From an uncultured Methanosarcinales archaeon (GTDB taxonomy: Archaea; Nanobdellota; Nanobdellia; Woesearchaeales; GW2011-AR9), in assembly GCA_964343575.1 (NCBI GenBank), contig CAYFJV010000002.1, forward strand, positions 2,285-66,284: DNA of 64,000 nt. Direction: 5' to 3'. The notes under the pieces are model-generated. The model was not told where the DNA came from, made no database searches, and saw only the letters and a program-made list of their open reading frames with translations. Position 1 is the first letter of the stretch. Each line of letters begins with the position of its first letter. The translations under genes were made by a program, and so were the position numbers. This document shows, piece by piece, positions 38,728 through 48,708 of this stretch.

Positions 38728-39375
38728 CTAATTTCCCTTAGAAGCCGCTGCCATTGCCTTCTTAATGGCGTCTTGGCTTGCTTCTTCTTTCTCCTGCTGG
38801 GCGTTAAGCCTTTCTACTTCATCAATCTCTTTATTGACCTCTTCAGCTTCTTGCAAGAGCTCTTTTGGTACTTGTTCTAAGAATGCTTGTTTTGCCTGCT
38901 CGCTTGGTAAGTCAAAGTAGTTGAAGAATTTTTTAGTGAGTTTGACCTTGTAAGTCCTTCCAAAGCGCTCTTTGGCAATAAAACCTTGCTCAACAAGACG
39001 AGACATGTGCTCATAGGCAGCAGAACTTCTCAGCTTGATAATCTCACTTTGTACAACTGGGTATCTCCAAGCAATCACTGCTAAGGTATCCATGAGTGGT
39101 TGTTCAAGCTCGGTTGAAGAAACAATGGAACTTACAAGAGGGATAAATTGGTCTCTTACGGTGAGTTTCCAACCATTTTCCTTCTGTGCAATCTGCAAAG
39201 AATGGTCACGCTCTGCGTACTCTTTTTGTAATTGCTTGATATGCTTTTGCGCTTCTTTTACTTCAAGAGAACAAAGGCTTGCAACACGTTCGGTGCTGAT
39301 CTCTTTTCCTACAGCAAAGAGCACTGCTTCAACTCTTTTTTGTACATCAATCGCCGATTCTTTTTTTTGCGTCAT
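38728..39375 (-). CDS. scpB: segregation and condensation protein B
   Basis: 215 aa; tandem winged-helix pattern (VEAVLFAVGKEIS..., DTLAVIAWRYP). Confidence 0.65.
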   Translation of the reverse strand: MTQKKESAIDVQKRVEAVLFAVGKEISTERVASLCSLEVKEAQKHIKQLQKEYAERDHSLQIAQKENGWKLTVRDQFIPLVSSIVSSTELEQPLMDTLAVIAWRYPVVQSEIIKLRSSAAYEHMSRLVEQGFIAKERFGRTYKVKLTKKFFNYFDLPSEQAKQAFLEQVPKELLQEAEEVNKEIDEVERLNAQQEKEEASQDAIKKAMAAASKGN

Positions 39376-39407
39376 TTTTGTTTTTCTTTACTTGTCTTTT
39401 CTAAGTC

Positions 39408-39986
39408 TTATTTCTTAATATAATAATGTTCCCCATCAAGATCAATCTTCCCTTTATCGATGAGATGGTCTAAGTAGTCACCAAGCGTTTCTTCTGGAGC
39501 TCCAGAAAGCTGAGAAAGTTGAGTGAGAGTAAGTCTCTTTTGACTTAGAAGAACTATAAGGTGGTTTTTCATGAGGATAGACATGTTTTTTTCTAACTTC
39601 TGGTTTTGCATGTTCACTTGCTTTGCAACAAGATCCACTTGATGAAGTCGAGATTGGAGATCACTGAGAAAGTGAGAAAACTCTCTTTCTTTGAAAGTAA
39701 GTTCTTTTGGAGAGACTACATCAATACTAGAAGGCATGTACTCAAAACAAAAGAGAGAGAGGTGTTCTATTTTTTCTATGCTAAACTCTAACTCTGCGAA
39801 GGCAGCCCAAAGCTCTGCATCTTCTTGTTTTTTTGCTTCTACTAACTCTAGAGAACTTACCTTGTATCTTTCATCTCCTTTGAGTTTTTCAAGGTAGCCA
39901 CGAAGGGCATTTTCTACATGTTCTTTTGGTTTTCCAAGCACCTCGATAAGTGCTCGACAATGAATCTTTTCCATAAAAATGCCCAT
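39408..39986 (-). CDS. hypothetical protein with C-terminal winged-helix (possible divergent kleisin/ScpA-like partner)
   Basis: 192 aa; C-term LTLTQLSQLSGAPEETLGDYLDHLIDKGKI wHTH; canonical ScpA not recognised. Confidence 0.3.
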   Translation of the reverse strand: MGIFMEKIHCRALIEVLGKPKEHVENALRGYLEKLKGDERYKVSSLELVEAKKQEDAELWAAFAELEFSIEKIEHLSLFCFEYMPSSIDVVSPKELTFKEREFSHFLSDLQSRLHQVDLVAKQVNMQNQKLEKNMSILMKNHLIVLLSQKRLTLTQLSQLSGAPEETLGDYLDHLIDKGKIDLDGEHYYIKK

Positions 39987-39999
39987 TCTAAGCTGGTTT

Positions 40000-42279
40000 T
40001 TAAGTCTTTCTCATCAGAAAAGTAGAGCTTAGAAGCAGGCTGGCAAGAAGCAAAAAATAGGGGGCAAGAGCCCTTGCTTTTTCTCCAGGAGATTGGTAAA
40101 TTACCCTTCCTTCCAAGTAGCTGTTCTGGGACTCTTGACCATCAATTGGGGTTATCTTTGCAAAAAGTTCTGGTGATGCTTCTTCCCCTGTTGAGCTAAG
40201 TGAAAAACCATCTTGGCTCTGGGAAGAAATTAATGTGATATCTTCAGTAAGTTCATAAGGTGTTTTGAGCTCGTCTTTGAGTAACTTTACTTTTATTTTA
40301 TACTCTCCGGGATCTGTGGTAGTATCGATGCTTATTGGCAGTGTTATCTTCTTGAGCTCGTTCTCTTTGAGCTCAACCAGTTTTATACTTGCGTTTCGTT
40401 CTACACTGTTTTCCTGACAGGAATGGCAGGTGGGCCCATTGTAAAGATAAGCCCACGCTTGGTAGGTATGTGGAAGGTCATCTCCTAGGAGCTGTACGGT
40501 TACTTCGATGCTCTCTCCCGGATTTGCTTGACTTGGAAAGTCAGTGATCTGATACGCTTGAGTTGCGCCTGTTGCCGAGCTGTCTTGTTCCTCTCCAATC
40601 TCTTCAAGATAATCAAAATAATCTGTACAAACTTCTTCATCAATTCCTTCAATTTCAAACTCTTGGCTCACTTCAAGATTGAAGCCTTCAAGGACAAGGC
40701 TTGCCTTTCCTCTTTCTGCTGAACCATCACAGTTGGCGTGCAGTTGCACAGGAAGCGTTACTGTATAATTTTGGTAAGTGTCGTAAACATTGATCTTTGT
40801 TCTTTTACTCACCGTTTCTTCATCTTGAGTTGCGAAAAGTTCTACCGCAGTTTTTGTTTCATCCCCTTTGAAGATGTTCACTTTTGCAGTAAATTGATCC
40901 CCCCACTCTGCAGAATCGTCGCTTCCAAGATAGAGCGTTTCTATGGATAATTGTGATTCGTTTTTCTTGTACTCTGGATTGATAGCGATGAGTTCGTGGA
41001 CTTGGTTGTTGTCTTCATTGTAGTCTTGGCAGCTGTTTTCTTCCACCCAAAAAGTAATTTGATAACTTCCTTCATCAAGGTTAGGCGAGTAACTTTTACT
41101 GTTGCTGCTGGTAATCTCTGCATCTGTCCAAGGGCTGTACTCAGTTATTGTGTTGCCAAAAAGATCTTCAATTTTTCCTCGTACTGTAAGTGTACTTTTT
41201 TGGCCAGAAATTCTTTGTGTGATGACATTGAAGTTGAGGTCTTCTTCATGGAAAATATTGTTTTCTAGTTCGAGGTAGACTTGCCAATCGCAGCCTTCTT
41301 GGTAGTGGTTTGCTTGGTCTGGAGTCGGAAGTGTGAGTTGCCAAGTACTATCAATGAGAGACCAAGACATGCCTTCAGTTGTTCCAGAGTAGCTCGTACT
41401 TGTTATCAGTTCTTCTTCTGGAGAGTAGAGTTGAAGTTCATCGTAACCATTATTGTTAAGAGAAAAATCGCTGTCTGCATCACGATAAACAGTGAGATAG
41501 TTGTTTGCTTCAATGATAGTTGTTCCTGTTGTTGTTTTAGTAGCGGCGATGTAAAGTTCGTTTTCACTATTTTGATCTGTGAAAAAACAAGATTTTAGAT
41601 CTATTGCTCTACTTCCCGCATTGTAAAGTTCTACCCATTCTCCAAAAGGTTTGAGGGCATCGTCTTCTTCATAGGGATCAGGGAGGAATTCTGAGATGCT
41701 GATTTGGTTGTAATCTGTTGAGAATGAGAAAATGCTGTTTTCTTGTAGGGGGCTGCCACCTTGTTTGAGAGATTCTCCCCAAGTTCCGTCTTCTCTTCGC
41801 TCTAAGCTGTAATTGTTTCCTTTGGCAAGGCCTTGCTCTGTTTGAGTTGTGTAGTCAAAACTATCTTGGCAGTATTCTGTTCCTTCGAGAATAATTTCTT
41901 CTCCATCATTGGTAAGGCTTATGGCCAACTGCAGAATATTTTCTTGTTCGTTCATACCCATCATGTTTGTCTCATTGTTTTCGCTTGTTTGGTTAAGGAA
42001 AAAGTGAGTGAAGTTTTCTTTATTTCTGGCAATGATGAAATAGCTGTTGTTCGTAATGTTGTGTTCTCCGATCTCTTTGCTGCCTATGCTACAGTTTATT
42101 GTAGAGATTGTTTGATTTGTTGGGTTATAGAGTTCTATCCATTCGCAGTAGGTGTCGCTGCATTGCGCTGGGTCATACATAACTTCGTTCCTGAAACGGC
42201 TTGCTGAAGATGCCTGACTTAGAGAGAAAAAGAGTGTGCTAAAGACTATCAGGGAGATATAGAGTGAAATCTGTTTCAT
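40000..42279 (-). CDS. secreted surface protein with two lamin-tail domains (LTD) and C-terminal TM anchor
   Basis: 759 aa; signal peptide; CEWIELYNPTN and GEWVELYNAGS LTD hallmarks; C-term APYFLLLASLLLSSTFL. Confidence 0.6.
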   Translation of the reverse strand: MKQISLYISLIVFSTLFFSLSQASSASRFRNEVMYDPAQCSDTYCEWIELYNPTNQTISTINCSIGSKEIGEHNITNNSYFIIARNKENFTHFFLNQTSENNETNMMGMNEQENILQLAISLTNDGEEIILEGTEYCQDSFDYTTQTEQGLAKGNNYSLERREDGTWGESLKQGGSPLQENSIFSFSTDYNQISISEFLPDPYEEDDALKPFGEWVELYNAGSRAIDLKSCFFTDQNSENELYIAATKTTTGTTIIEANNYLTVYRDADSDFSLNNNGYDELQLYSPEEELITSTSYSGTTEGMSWSLIDSTWQLTLPTPDQANHYQEGCDWQVYLELENNIFHEEDLNFNVITQRISGQKSTLTVRGKIEDLFGNTITEYSPWTDAEITSSNSKSYSPNLDEGSYQITFWVEENSCQDYNEDNNQVHELIAINPEYKKNESQLSIETLYLGSDDSAEWGDQFTAKVNIFKGDETKTAVELFATQDEETVSKRTKINVYDTYQNYTVTLPVQLHANCDGSAERGKASLVLEGFNLEVSQEFEIEGIDEEVCTDYFDYLEEIGEEQDSSATGATQAYQITDFPSQANPGESIEVTVQLLGDDLPHTYQAWAYLYNGPTCHSCQENSVERNASIKLVELKENELKKITLPISIDTTTDPGEYKIKVKLLKDELKTPYELTEDITLISSQSQDGFSLSSTGEEASPELFAKITPIDGQESQNSYLEGRVIYQSPGEKARALAPYFLLLASLLLSSTFLMRKT

Positions 42280-42414
42280 TGGTGATTTTGTTTTGAAGGG
42301 GTTCTTTAATCTGAAGGAAATAAAGAATAATCTTGTTGTTTTTACTTTACAATTTATTGAGACATATTCTTTGTGTCACCCCTTTAAAGGACTCAAGAAA
42401 GTTTAAAAGCCATT

Positions 42415-43041
42415 TTGGCCTGGTTTTGCTTTATGGGATTATTTTTCGGACGCAAGAAAAAGCCAAGCGGGGTTCCAAGACCTCTTCGTGCTCCAGCTGG
42501 CGATCAATTGAACTTTCCAAGGAAAGGAAGTTCAGAGACCATCATTACTCCAAAACCTGCTCAATTTAAGAAAGCGGCAGGAGTCGACCTTCCTTTTGAT
42601 GAACTTGATTTAGGAATGCCTAAGCGCTCTGCGCCGCCGATGCCAAAGCGCGTGGCAAAGCCAGTCTTTGGAGATTCAGGAACTTTCGACCTTGGTGGTG
42701 AAGCGCTTCCTCCCCTAAATCTTTCGGATCTTCATGAGGGAAGTTCAGCAAAGCAGCCGGTTGCAAGTTCGCACTTTGCTCCATCTGAGCCAGGTTTTGC
42801 CCCAGTTGAGATGCAAGGAGTTGGAGGCCCGGTGTTTATTGATGTTGAGCGTTATAAAGAAGTGTTGGGAGACATCGGAGAGTGTAAGGGAGAACTTTCT
42901 CACCTCTCTGAGACTTCTCGAAAGTTAGAGAAAGCAGAATTCAATGAGGAGCGTAGCTTTAGTGATCTGCGCTCAAGTATGAAGGCATTACATGATAAGT
43001 TACTCTCAGTAGATGAAATTTTATTTAAGCCGCAAAGATAA
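42415..43041 (+). CDS. hypothetical protein: hydrophobic/amphipathic N-terminus, Pro-rich linker, C-terminal PVFIDVERYKEVL + coiled coil (paralog 1 of 3)
   Basis: 208 aa. Confidence 0.45.
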   Translation: MAWFCFMGLFFGRKKKPSGVPRPLRAPAGDQLNFPRKGSSETIITPKPAQFKKAAGVDLPFDELDLGMPKRSAPPMPKRVAKPVFGDSGTFDLGGEALPPLNLSDLHEGSSAKQPVASSHFAPSEPGFAPVEMQGVGGPVFIDVERYKEVLGDIGECKGELSHLSETSRKLEKAEFNEERSFSDLRSSMKALHDKLLSVDEILFKPQR

Positions 43042-43081
43042 ACGGCAAAAGCATTGATAGTTTATGAAATTGAAATAATAG

Positions 43082-43318
43082 GTGATAGTTATGGAAAGAA
43101 TGCCCGTTTTTGTTCGAGTTGATGAGTACCAAGATGTGCTCAGTTTGATGAGAGCAATCCAAAGAAAGATTGACGAAGCGAAGGAAACCTTAGTTCGCAT
43201 TAACGAACTTAAGAATGAAGAAGATGAGTTAGTTGAACATTGGCATACTGGTTTGTCTGAAGTAGAAAAGAAAGTAGAGTTCATTAATCACACGCTAAAT
43301 GAGCCTGAGCACTACTAA
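43082..43318 (+). CDS. small coiled-coil protein, MPVFVRVDEYQDVL motif (paralog 2 of 3)
   Basis: 78 aa. Confidence 0.45.
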   Translation: MIVMERMPVFVRVDEYQDVLSLMRAIQRKIDEAKETLVRINELKNEEDELVEHWHTGLSEVEKKVEFINHTLNEPEHY

Positions 43319-43340
43319 TATTAGGTCAAGATTGTAGAAA

Positions 43341-43850
43341 ATGGTGAAGAAAAGAAAAAGTTCACGAAGAAAGACGAGCTCTCGCAAGGCTGCTCCTAAA
43401 AGGAGAAGCCAGCATAAGGTGAGTCGAGAAAAAGAACCATCTTATATGGTACGTGTTGGCGAACCCAAAGCGATTCGTAAGGACATTTTAGAGTCTCTTC
43501 GAGAAGTTATTCTTGTTATGCAAGCTTATGAGCAGTTTCGTCGTATTCAAGACGAGAAAGTGAAAGTTTTTGCTCAGCTTAAGGCGGATGTTAAGGAGTT
43601 GAACAATCTTATCGATACCAAGTTGCGTTATTATCTGCCCAAGGGAAAATTAGATCTGGCTTTAAAGCGGCAAAAAGAAGCTGAGATGGAAGAACAAAAA
43701 ATGAGGGCAAAAAAAGCTCCTGCCCCACGGTCTTTTGCGCTTCCTGAAGCGAAAAGCGTTGCCCCCCCCAAGAATGCGGGCAAGGGCGAGCTTGATGCAC
43801 TTGAATCTCAATTAAGAGATATTGAGGCCCAATTACAGAATATTGGATAG
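43341..43850 (+). CDS. basic-N-tail coiled-coil protein, YMVRVGEPKAIRKDIL motif (paralog 3 of 3)
   Basis: 169 aa. Confidence 0.45.
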   Translation: MVKKRKSSRRKTSSRKAAPKRRSQHKVSREKEPSYMVRVGEPKAIRKDILESLREVILVMQAYEQFRRIQDEKVKVFAQLKADVKELNNLIDTKLRYYLPKGKLDLALKRQKEAEMEEQKMRAKKAPAPRSFALPEAKSVAPPKNAGKGELDALESQLRDIEAQLQNIG

Positions 43851-44009
43851 AGTTATTTTTTCTTAATTTCTTCTTATTTTTGTTTGTATTCTCTCTAGTC
43901 AAGTAAGTTTTATAAAAGAATTCTAGCTTTGCTGTGCATTCACTTATGTGAGTTTATGTGGATGTGGCGAGCAATTGAAAATTGCTGAACATCACGCTCT
44001 TGAAATCAC

Positions 44010-44093
44010 GTGGATGTACCAGAGTGGTCAAATGGGATGGACTCAAAATCCATTAGCTTAGTGCTTACGCAGGTTCGAATCCTGCCATCCACA
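44010..44093 (+). tRNA. tRNA-Leu (anticodon CAA), class II
   Basis: GTGGATG-TA-CCA-GAGTGGTCAAA-TGG-G-ATGGA-CTCAAAA-TCCAT-[TAGCTTAGTGCTTAC]-GCAGG-TTCGAAT-CCTGC-CATCCAC-A; 84 nt, CCA not encoded, T-run follows. Confidence 0.85.
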
Positions 44094-44096
44094 CTT

Positions 44097-44468
44097 TTAA
44101 TTTTCTAGAATTATTTGCTTATTGTCAAGAGCAAGGCCTAGGCCACTTATCTCCCCTAGAGAGAACCACTTTAACTCTTCAGTCTCTTGTACCTTGTCTT
44201 TATCTATGTAAACTTTGTAGACCAAAGGGACACAACGTTTTCCAGGATGTCTTTCTAAGGCATCATAGAATTTTCCTGTGAAATGTGGCATGCTTTCTGT
44301 GTTTACTTGTGCTTTCTTTACAAGAACTCTTTTTGCTGCTTGAAGGAGAGTTTCACCTTCTTTTACATAACTTCCAAAAAGTTCCCACTTTCCTTGATCT
44401 GGTTCTTTTTTTCTTTTTCTCAGAAGAATTTTATCTCCGTCACCCACCAAAAGAACTACCGCCAGCAT
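44097..44468 (-). CDS. NUDIX hydrolase
   Basis: 123 aa; GSYVKEGETLLQAAKRVLVKKAQV Nudix-box-like. Confidence 0.6.
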   Translation of the reverse strand: MLAVVLLVGDGDKILLRKRKKEPDQGKWELFGSYVKEGETLLQAAKRVLVKKAQVNTESMPHFTGKFYDALERHPGKRCVPLVYKVYIDKDKVQETEELKWFSLGEISGLGLALDNKQIILEN

Positions 44469-44574
44469 ACAAAGTGAGAAACAAAAGCGCTATAAATAAT
44501 TTATCACTTCCCGCCCAAACTAGTAGAAGCTAGTAGAACAAAGATTTTTAAATAGCAAGGGGCTTGTTTTTCCC

Positions 44575-45918
44575 ATGAGTATCGAAGTATGTACTATTGG
44601 TGGCTTTTCTGAATGTGGTCGAAATTGTACTGCCATAAAGGTCGACGATGAGGTGGTAATTCTTGACATTGGCCTTGAGATGGAAAATTACATCAAACAC
44701 ACCCAGGGCGAGCGAGAAAATTTGGTGAAGCTGCAGTATGACGATCTTGTAAAAGTACATGCTGTCCCCAACTTGCACCTTATCAATGATTGGAGTAGCA
44801 AGGTAAAAGCGATTGTTCCAAGTCATGCGCACCTTGATCACATTGGCGCCATTCCTTTTGCTGCGCCCATGTTTCCTGAAGCCCCTATCATTTCTACACC
44901 TTACACTATCGAGGTTATCAAGAGCATTCTGCGCGATGAACGTATTCGCCTAAAAAACCGTTTGATTGCTCAGAACCCAAACTCCAAGTATAAACTTTCT
45001 AAAAAAATCACTATTGAATTTGTCAACGTTACTCACTCTATCCCCCACACCGCAATTGTGGTACTTCACACACCTTACGGAAAGGTAATGTATGCTAACG
45101 ATTACAAACTTGATCCAAACCCCACTTTGGGGCAAAAACCAAACTATAAACGTTTGCGTGAGATTGCAAGTGAAGGAGTTACTTTGCTTATTTCTGAGAC
45201 GCTTTATGCCGATGTGCATGGAAAGTGTCCTTCTGAAGCTATTGCTCGGCAGATGCTCAAGGACCTCATTGCTTGTACAGATTGTGAAGGGAAGGGAATT
45301 ATTGTGACCACTTTTGCTTCGCATATTGCTCGTCTTAAAAGTACCATTGAACTTGGTCAAAAAATGGGGCGTAAGGTTGTGCTCTTTGGGCGTTCGCTTA
45401 AGAAATATGTTGAGGCTGCTGAGAGGATAAATATTGTCAATTTTACCAAGAACGTTGAGATTTACAGTCGACGTTATGAACTTGAAAAAGTGATGAGGCG
45501 TATTAATAAAGAAGGGATGGAGAAATATTTGATCATTTGTACGGGGCACCAAGGAGAACCCCGTGCGATCTTGTCTCGTATCGCAAATGGAGAGTTGCCT
45601 CTTAAGATTGATGCTAGAGATTTGGTTGTTTTTAGCTGTTCAGTTATTCCAGTGGAGTTGAACATTGAAAACCGCCGGGTGTTAGAGCGAAAATTGAAAG
45701 GGAAAGGCGTGCGTATTTTTAGAGATGTGCACGTTTCTGGACATGGTCACCGTGAAGATTATCGAGAAATGATCGACATGATTAAACCGAAACATATTAT
45801 TCCTGCGCATGCGGGCCATGCTAAGGCCGAACACATGAAAGAACTGGCTCTTGAGTGCGGCTATGTTGAAAATGAAAGTTTTCACATGATGGAGAATGGA
45901 AAAAGGTTGAAGTTATAG
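44575..45918 (+). CDS. beta-CASP metallo-beta-lactamase ribonuclease (RNase J / aCPSF2 family)
   Basis: 447 aa; HAHLDHIGA motif 2, beta-CASP motifs, C-terminal HxH. Confidence 0.7.
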   Translation: MSIEVCTIGGFSECGRNCTAIKVDDEVVILDIGLEMENYIKHTQGERENLVKLQYDDLVKVHAVPNLHLINDWSSKVKAIVPSHAHLDHIGAIPFAAPMFPEAPIISTPYTIEVIKSILRDERIRLKNRLIAQNPNSKYKLSKKITIEFVNVTHSIPHTAIVVLHTPYGKVMYANDYKLDPNPTLGQKPNYKRLREIASEGVTLLISETLYADVHGKCPSEAIARQMLKDLIACTDCEGKGIIVTTFASHIARLKSTIELGQKMGRKVVLFGRSLKKYVEAAERINIVNFTKNVEIYSRRYELEKVMRRINKEGMEKYLIICTGHQGEPRAILSRIANGELPLKIDARDLVVFSCSVIPVELNIENRRVLERKLKGKGVRIFRDVHVSGHGHREDYREMIDMIKPKHIIPAHAGHAKAEHMKELALECGYVENESFHMMENGKRLKL

Positions 45919-46073
45919 TGTCAAAAAATTTGGCCCTTACCTTTCCAATTGATGAGCACAGAGATGTGTTCGCTGATGGAAAGGTAAGATTCTAGAATAT
46001 ACTTGTGCCAAAGCACAGCAAATCTTATAAAGCAATTTTGCTCCTGATCAGTGGTTGAGAGGGTGAATTTCAT

Positions 46074-46823
46074 ATGAAGTTTGTATTAGCGGACGTAAGT
46101 TTTTTGAAAAATAGTATTGCGATCAGTTCTGAGCTGGTAAATGAAGTTACTTTCAAGGCGACAAATGATGGTCTTGAGATGGTTTCTATGGATCCGGCTA
46201 ACGTTGCTATGGTTATCTTAAAGATTCTAAGCAGCAGTTTTGTGGAGTACAAAGTTTCCGGAGAAAGTGAGGAAATTTCGGTTAGTTTGAATAACCTAAA
46301 GCAAATTCTTCGTCGTGCAAAAGGAGACGATGTACTCAGTGTTGAAACCACAGAAGATAGCAAATTGAAGTTGCAGTTGAAGGGCAAGACAACTCGTTCT
46401 TTCTCTATTCCTCTTCTTGAGATCGACGACCGAGAACAACGTGTTCCTGAACTAAGCTTTCCATTTAGTGTCACTATGCTCTCTTCTACACTTTCTGATT
46501 CTATAGAGGATGTAAGCATTGTTGCTGAATCTGTTACCCTTCTAGGGGATAAAGAGCAATTGTTAGTGAAGGCGCAAGGTGATTTAAGTAAGGCTTTTAT
46601 TGAGATCAAACCAGATGAAAGTACCCAGATTAAAACCGATTCTGAAGAAAAGTTTAAAGCCAAATATAGTCTTGAGTATTTGAAAAAGATGATGAACGGA
46701 GCAAAGCTTAGCGACGAAGTTCATGTGAGCTTTAATTCAGATTATCCTTTACGTTTGGACTTTGTAGTAGTTGATCGTCTTTCTATGAGCTTTATTTTGG
46801 CTCCACGAGTAGATAATGACTGA
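46074..46823 (+). CDS. pcn: DNA polymerase sliding clamp PCNA
   Basis: 249 aa; archaeal PCNA layout; TATA aatcttataaagc at 46021-46033. Confidence 0.8.
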   Translation: MKFVLADVSFLKNSIAISSELVNEVTFKATNDGLEMVSMDPANVAMVILKILSSSFVEYKVSGESEEISVSLNNLKQILRRAKGDDVLSVETTEDSKLKLQLKGKTTRSFSIPLLEIDDREQRVPELSFPFSVTMLSSTLSDSIEDVSIVAESVTLLGDKEQLLVKAQGDLSKAFIEIKPDESTQIKTDSEEKFKAKYSLEYLKKMMNGAKLSDEVHVSFNSDYPLRLDFVVVDRLSMSFILAPRVDND

Positions 46824-47316
46824 ACTTCCGAAAAGAACCTTAACTGTACTAGCTAATGATACTGAAATTCTTTTAGGTTTGAAGAAAAAGGGTTTTGGTT
46901 CAGGAAAAATTAATGGCTTTGGAGGGAAACCAGAACCGGGAGAGACCATGCTTGATTGTGTTCTTAGAGAGACCCAAGAGGAAGCGGGCGTTAAACTTGA
47001 TAATCCCTACTTGGTTGCTGTTTTGGATTTCTTTTTTGTTCATAAGCCGGAGTGGAATCAGCAAGTGCATGTATTTCGATCACACAGTTATTCTGGAGAG
47101 CCAAGTGAATCAGAAGAGATGGCGCCACAAACATTCTTGCAGCAAGAAATTCCTTATGGTCGGATGTGGGTTGATGATAAATATTGGATGCCCTTGGTTC
47201 TAGCAGGGAAGAAGGTACGAGCAAAATTTACTTTTGCAGAAGATGGAAGCATTTTGAAGTATGATCTGCAAGAAGTTGATTCCTTGGATGAGGAGTCAAA
47301 AGGACCAGGTCTTTAG
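46816..47316 (+). CDS. NUDIX hydrolase (MutT-like)
   Basis: 166 aa; GFGGKPEPGETMLDCVLRETQEEAGV Nudix box; 8-nt overlap with pcn. Confidence 0.7.
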   Translation: MTELPKRTLTVLANDTEILLGLKKKGFGSGKINGFGGKPEPGETMLDCVLRETQEEAGVKLDNPYLVAVLDFFFVHKPEWNQQVHVFRSHSYSGEPSESEEMAPQTFLQQEIPYGRMWVDDKYWMPLVLAGKKVRAKFTFAEDGSILKYDLQEVDSLDEESKGPGL

Positions 47317-47339
47317 AAAACTATTTAAACAGAATTTTC

Positions 47340-47576
47340 TTGTCTTTTCCTATGGTTTTTTACTTCGAAGGTTTTTTTTGGTGGCTTTTGGTTGCAGATT
47401 GCTTGATCTATAATATCTTAGCTTGGAGTAGAGGTAAATGGCATGATTGGGCAAGTCATTGGCTCAGCCCTTACTTTCCCATTCACAAAGGGGTTGGGAT
47501 TTTTTATGTTGCTGCGCTCTTTTGGATTGGCTGGCTTTTATATAGGATGCAAATTATCTTTCAATTCTTAAACTAA
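47340..47576 (+). CDS. small membrane protein (2 TM)
   Basis: 78-aa ORF, Trp-rich helices. Confidence 0.35.
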   Translation: MSFPMVFYFEGFFWWLLVADCLIYNILAWSRGKWHDWASHWLSPYFPIHKGVGIFYVAALFWIGWLLYRMQIIFQFLN

Positions 47577-47709
47577 TCTTTGAAGCAATTCTCTGGTTGA
47601 GAACAAAAAGCTTTAAATGGGCTAACTCTCCCCTATTCTGCTACTAAGAAAGGCTGGTAATTTAGTGCCCTATGGGGCCCTGAGGTTCTGGTCAATTGGG
47701 GTGACATTT

Positions 47710-48555
47710 ATGGAAGAAGAAAATAAAGTGCAAATTGTCACTGAAGAGAGTGAATCTTCAATGAAAGCACATAGTGAAAAGAGTGATAAGGCAAAAACAC
47801 ATAGCCACAGTCACAAAAAAAAGACAAGTTCTAGTAATAAAAAAGCAAGTGAAAGTGGTAAGGGAATTGTTGATTTTTTCTTGGCAAACACTTGGAGAAG
47901 TATCGCAATCGTTTTAGCGCTCTTACTTTTCTTTATGGGAATTGGTGGCTACATTTCTATTGATATTGGAATGGCTGGGAACGCCGCAGGCGGTTCTGGC
48001 GCTGTTGATGATAGTGCGGCTGCAGAAATTGATCTGAGCGCATTTTATGAGGAGAGCGATCCGGTTTTGGGAGATGCTGATGCTCCAGTTACTATTGTAG
48101 AATTTAGTGACTTTGAGTGTCCGTTTTGTGCAAGAGCTTACAGCGATGCGTTCACACAGATCAAAAACACTTATGTTGCTAATGGAGATGTGAAAATCGT
48201 CTTTCGTGACTTCCCTTTAAGTTTCCATGCTCAAGCAACACCTGCAGCATTAGCAGGAGAGTGTGCTCACGAACAAGGAATGTTTTGGGAATACCACGAC
48301 CTGCTTTTTGAGAACCAACATGCCTTGAGCTCAGAGAATTATATCGTATGGGCAAGGCAGCTAGGTCTTGATGAAGCGCAGTTTACCAGTTGTTTTGAAA
48401 GCCAGAAGTACTTCAATGAAGTAAGTAAAGATTTCAGTGATGGTGGAGCGCTTGGTGTTCAAGGGACTCCTGCTTTCTTCGTGAACGGTCAGCTGGTAAG
48501 TGGGGCGCAACCTTTTAGCGTTTTCCAGCAAATCATTGAAGCTGAGCTTAACTAG
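47710..48555 (+). CDS. membrane-anchored DsbA-like thiol:disulfide oxidoreductase (thioredoxin fold, CPFC)
   Basis: start at ATG 47710 (GGGGTGA SD 5 nt upstream); TM then FSDFECPFCARAY active site. Confidence 0.7.
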   Translation: MEEENKVQIVTEESESSMKAHSEKSDKAKTHSHSHKKKTSSSNKKASESGKGIVDFFLANTWRSIAIVLALLLFFMGIGGYISIDIGMAGNAAGGSGAVDDSAAAEIDLSAFYEESDPVLGDADAPVTIVEFSDFECPFCARAYSDAFTQIKNTYVANGDVKIVFRDFPLSFHAQATPAALAGECAHEQGMFWEYHDLLFENQHALSSENYIVWARQLGLDEAQFTSCFESQKYFNEVSKDFSDGGALGVQGTPAFFVNGQLVSGAQPFSVFQQIIEAELN

Positions 48556-48708
48556 CTTGGGAATTTTTTTATTTTTGATTTTTTCTTTTTAATTTTCATT
48601 TCTTTGTTCATTTCTGATTTCGGTGTTTTTCTACCAGTTTCTCTAAAAGAAAGTTTTAAAGATCCAGGAGAATTCTTATATGTCTAAGAGGTGTTTTGAG
48701 CAAGAAGA

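Noticed and set aside
43930-44009. Upstream partial copy of the tRNA-Leu 5' end (ATGTGGATGTGG about 50 nt before GTGGATGTACC) and TATGTG triplet
   Set aside because: Only about 9 nt of similarity; integrative elements duplicate tRNA 3' ends, not 5' ends; it is more likely a chance AT/GT-rich repeat or promoter-proximal element.
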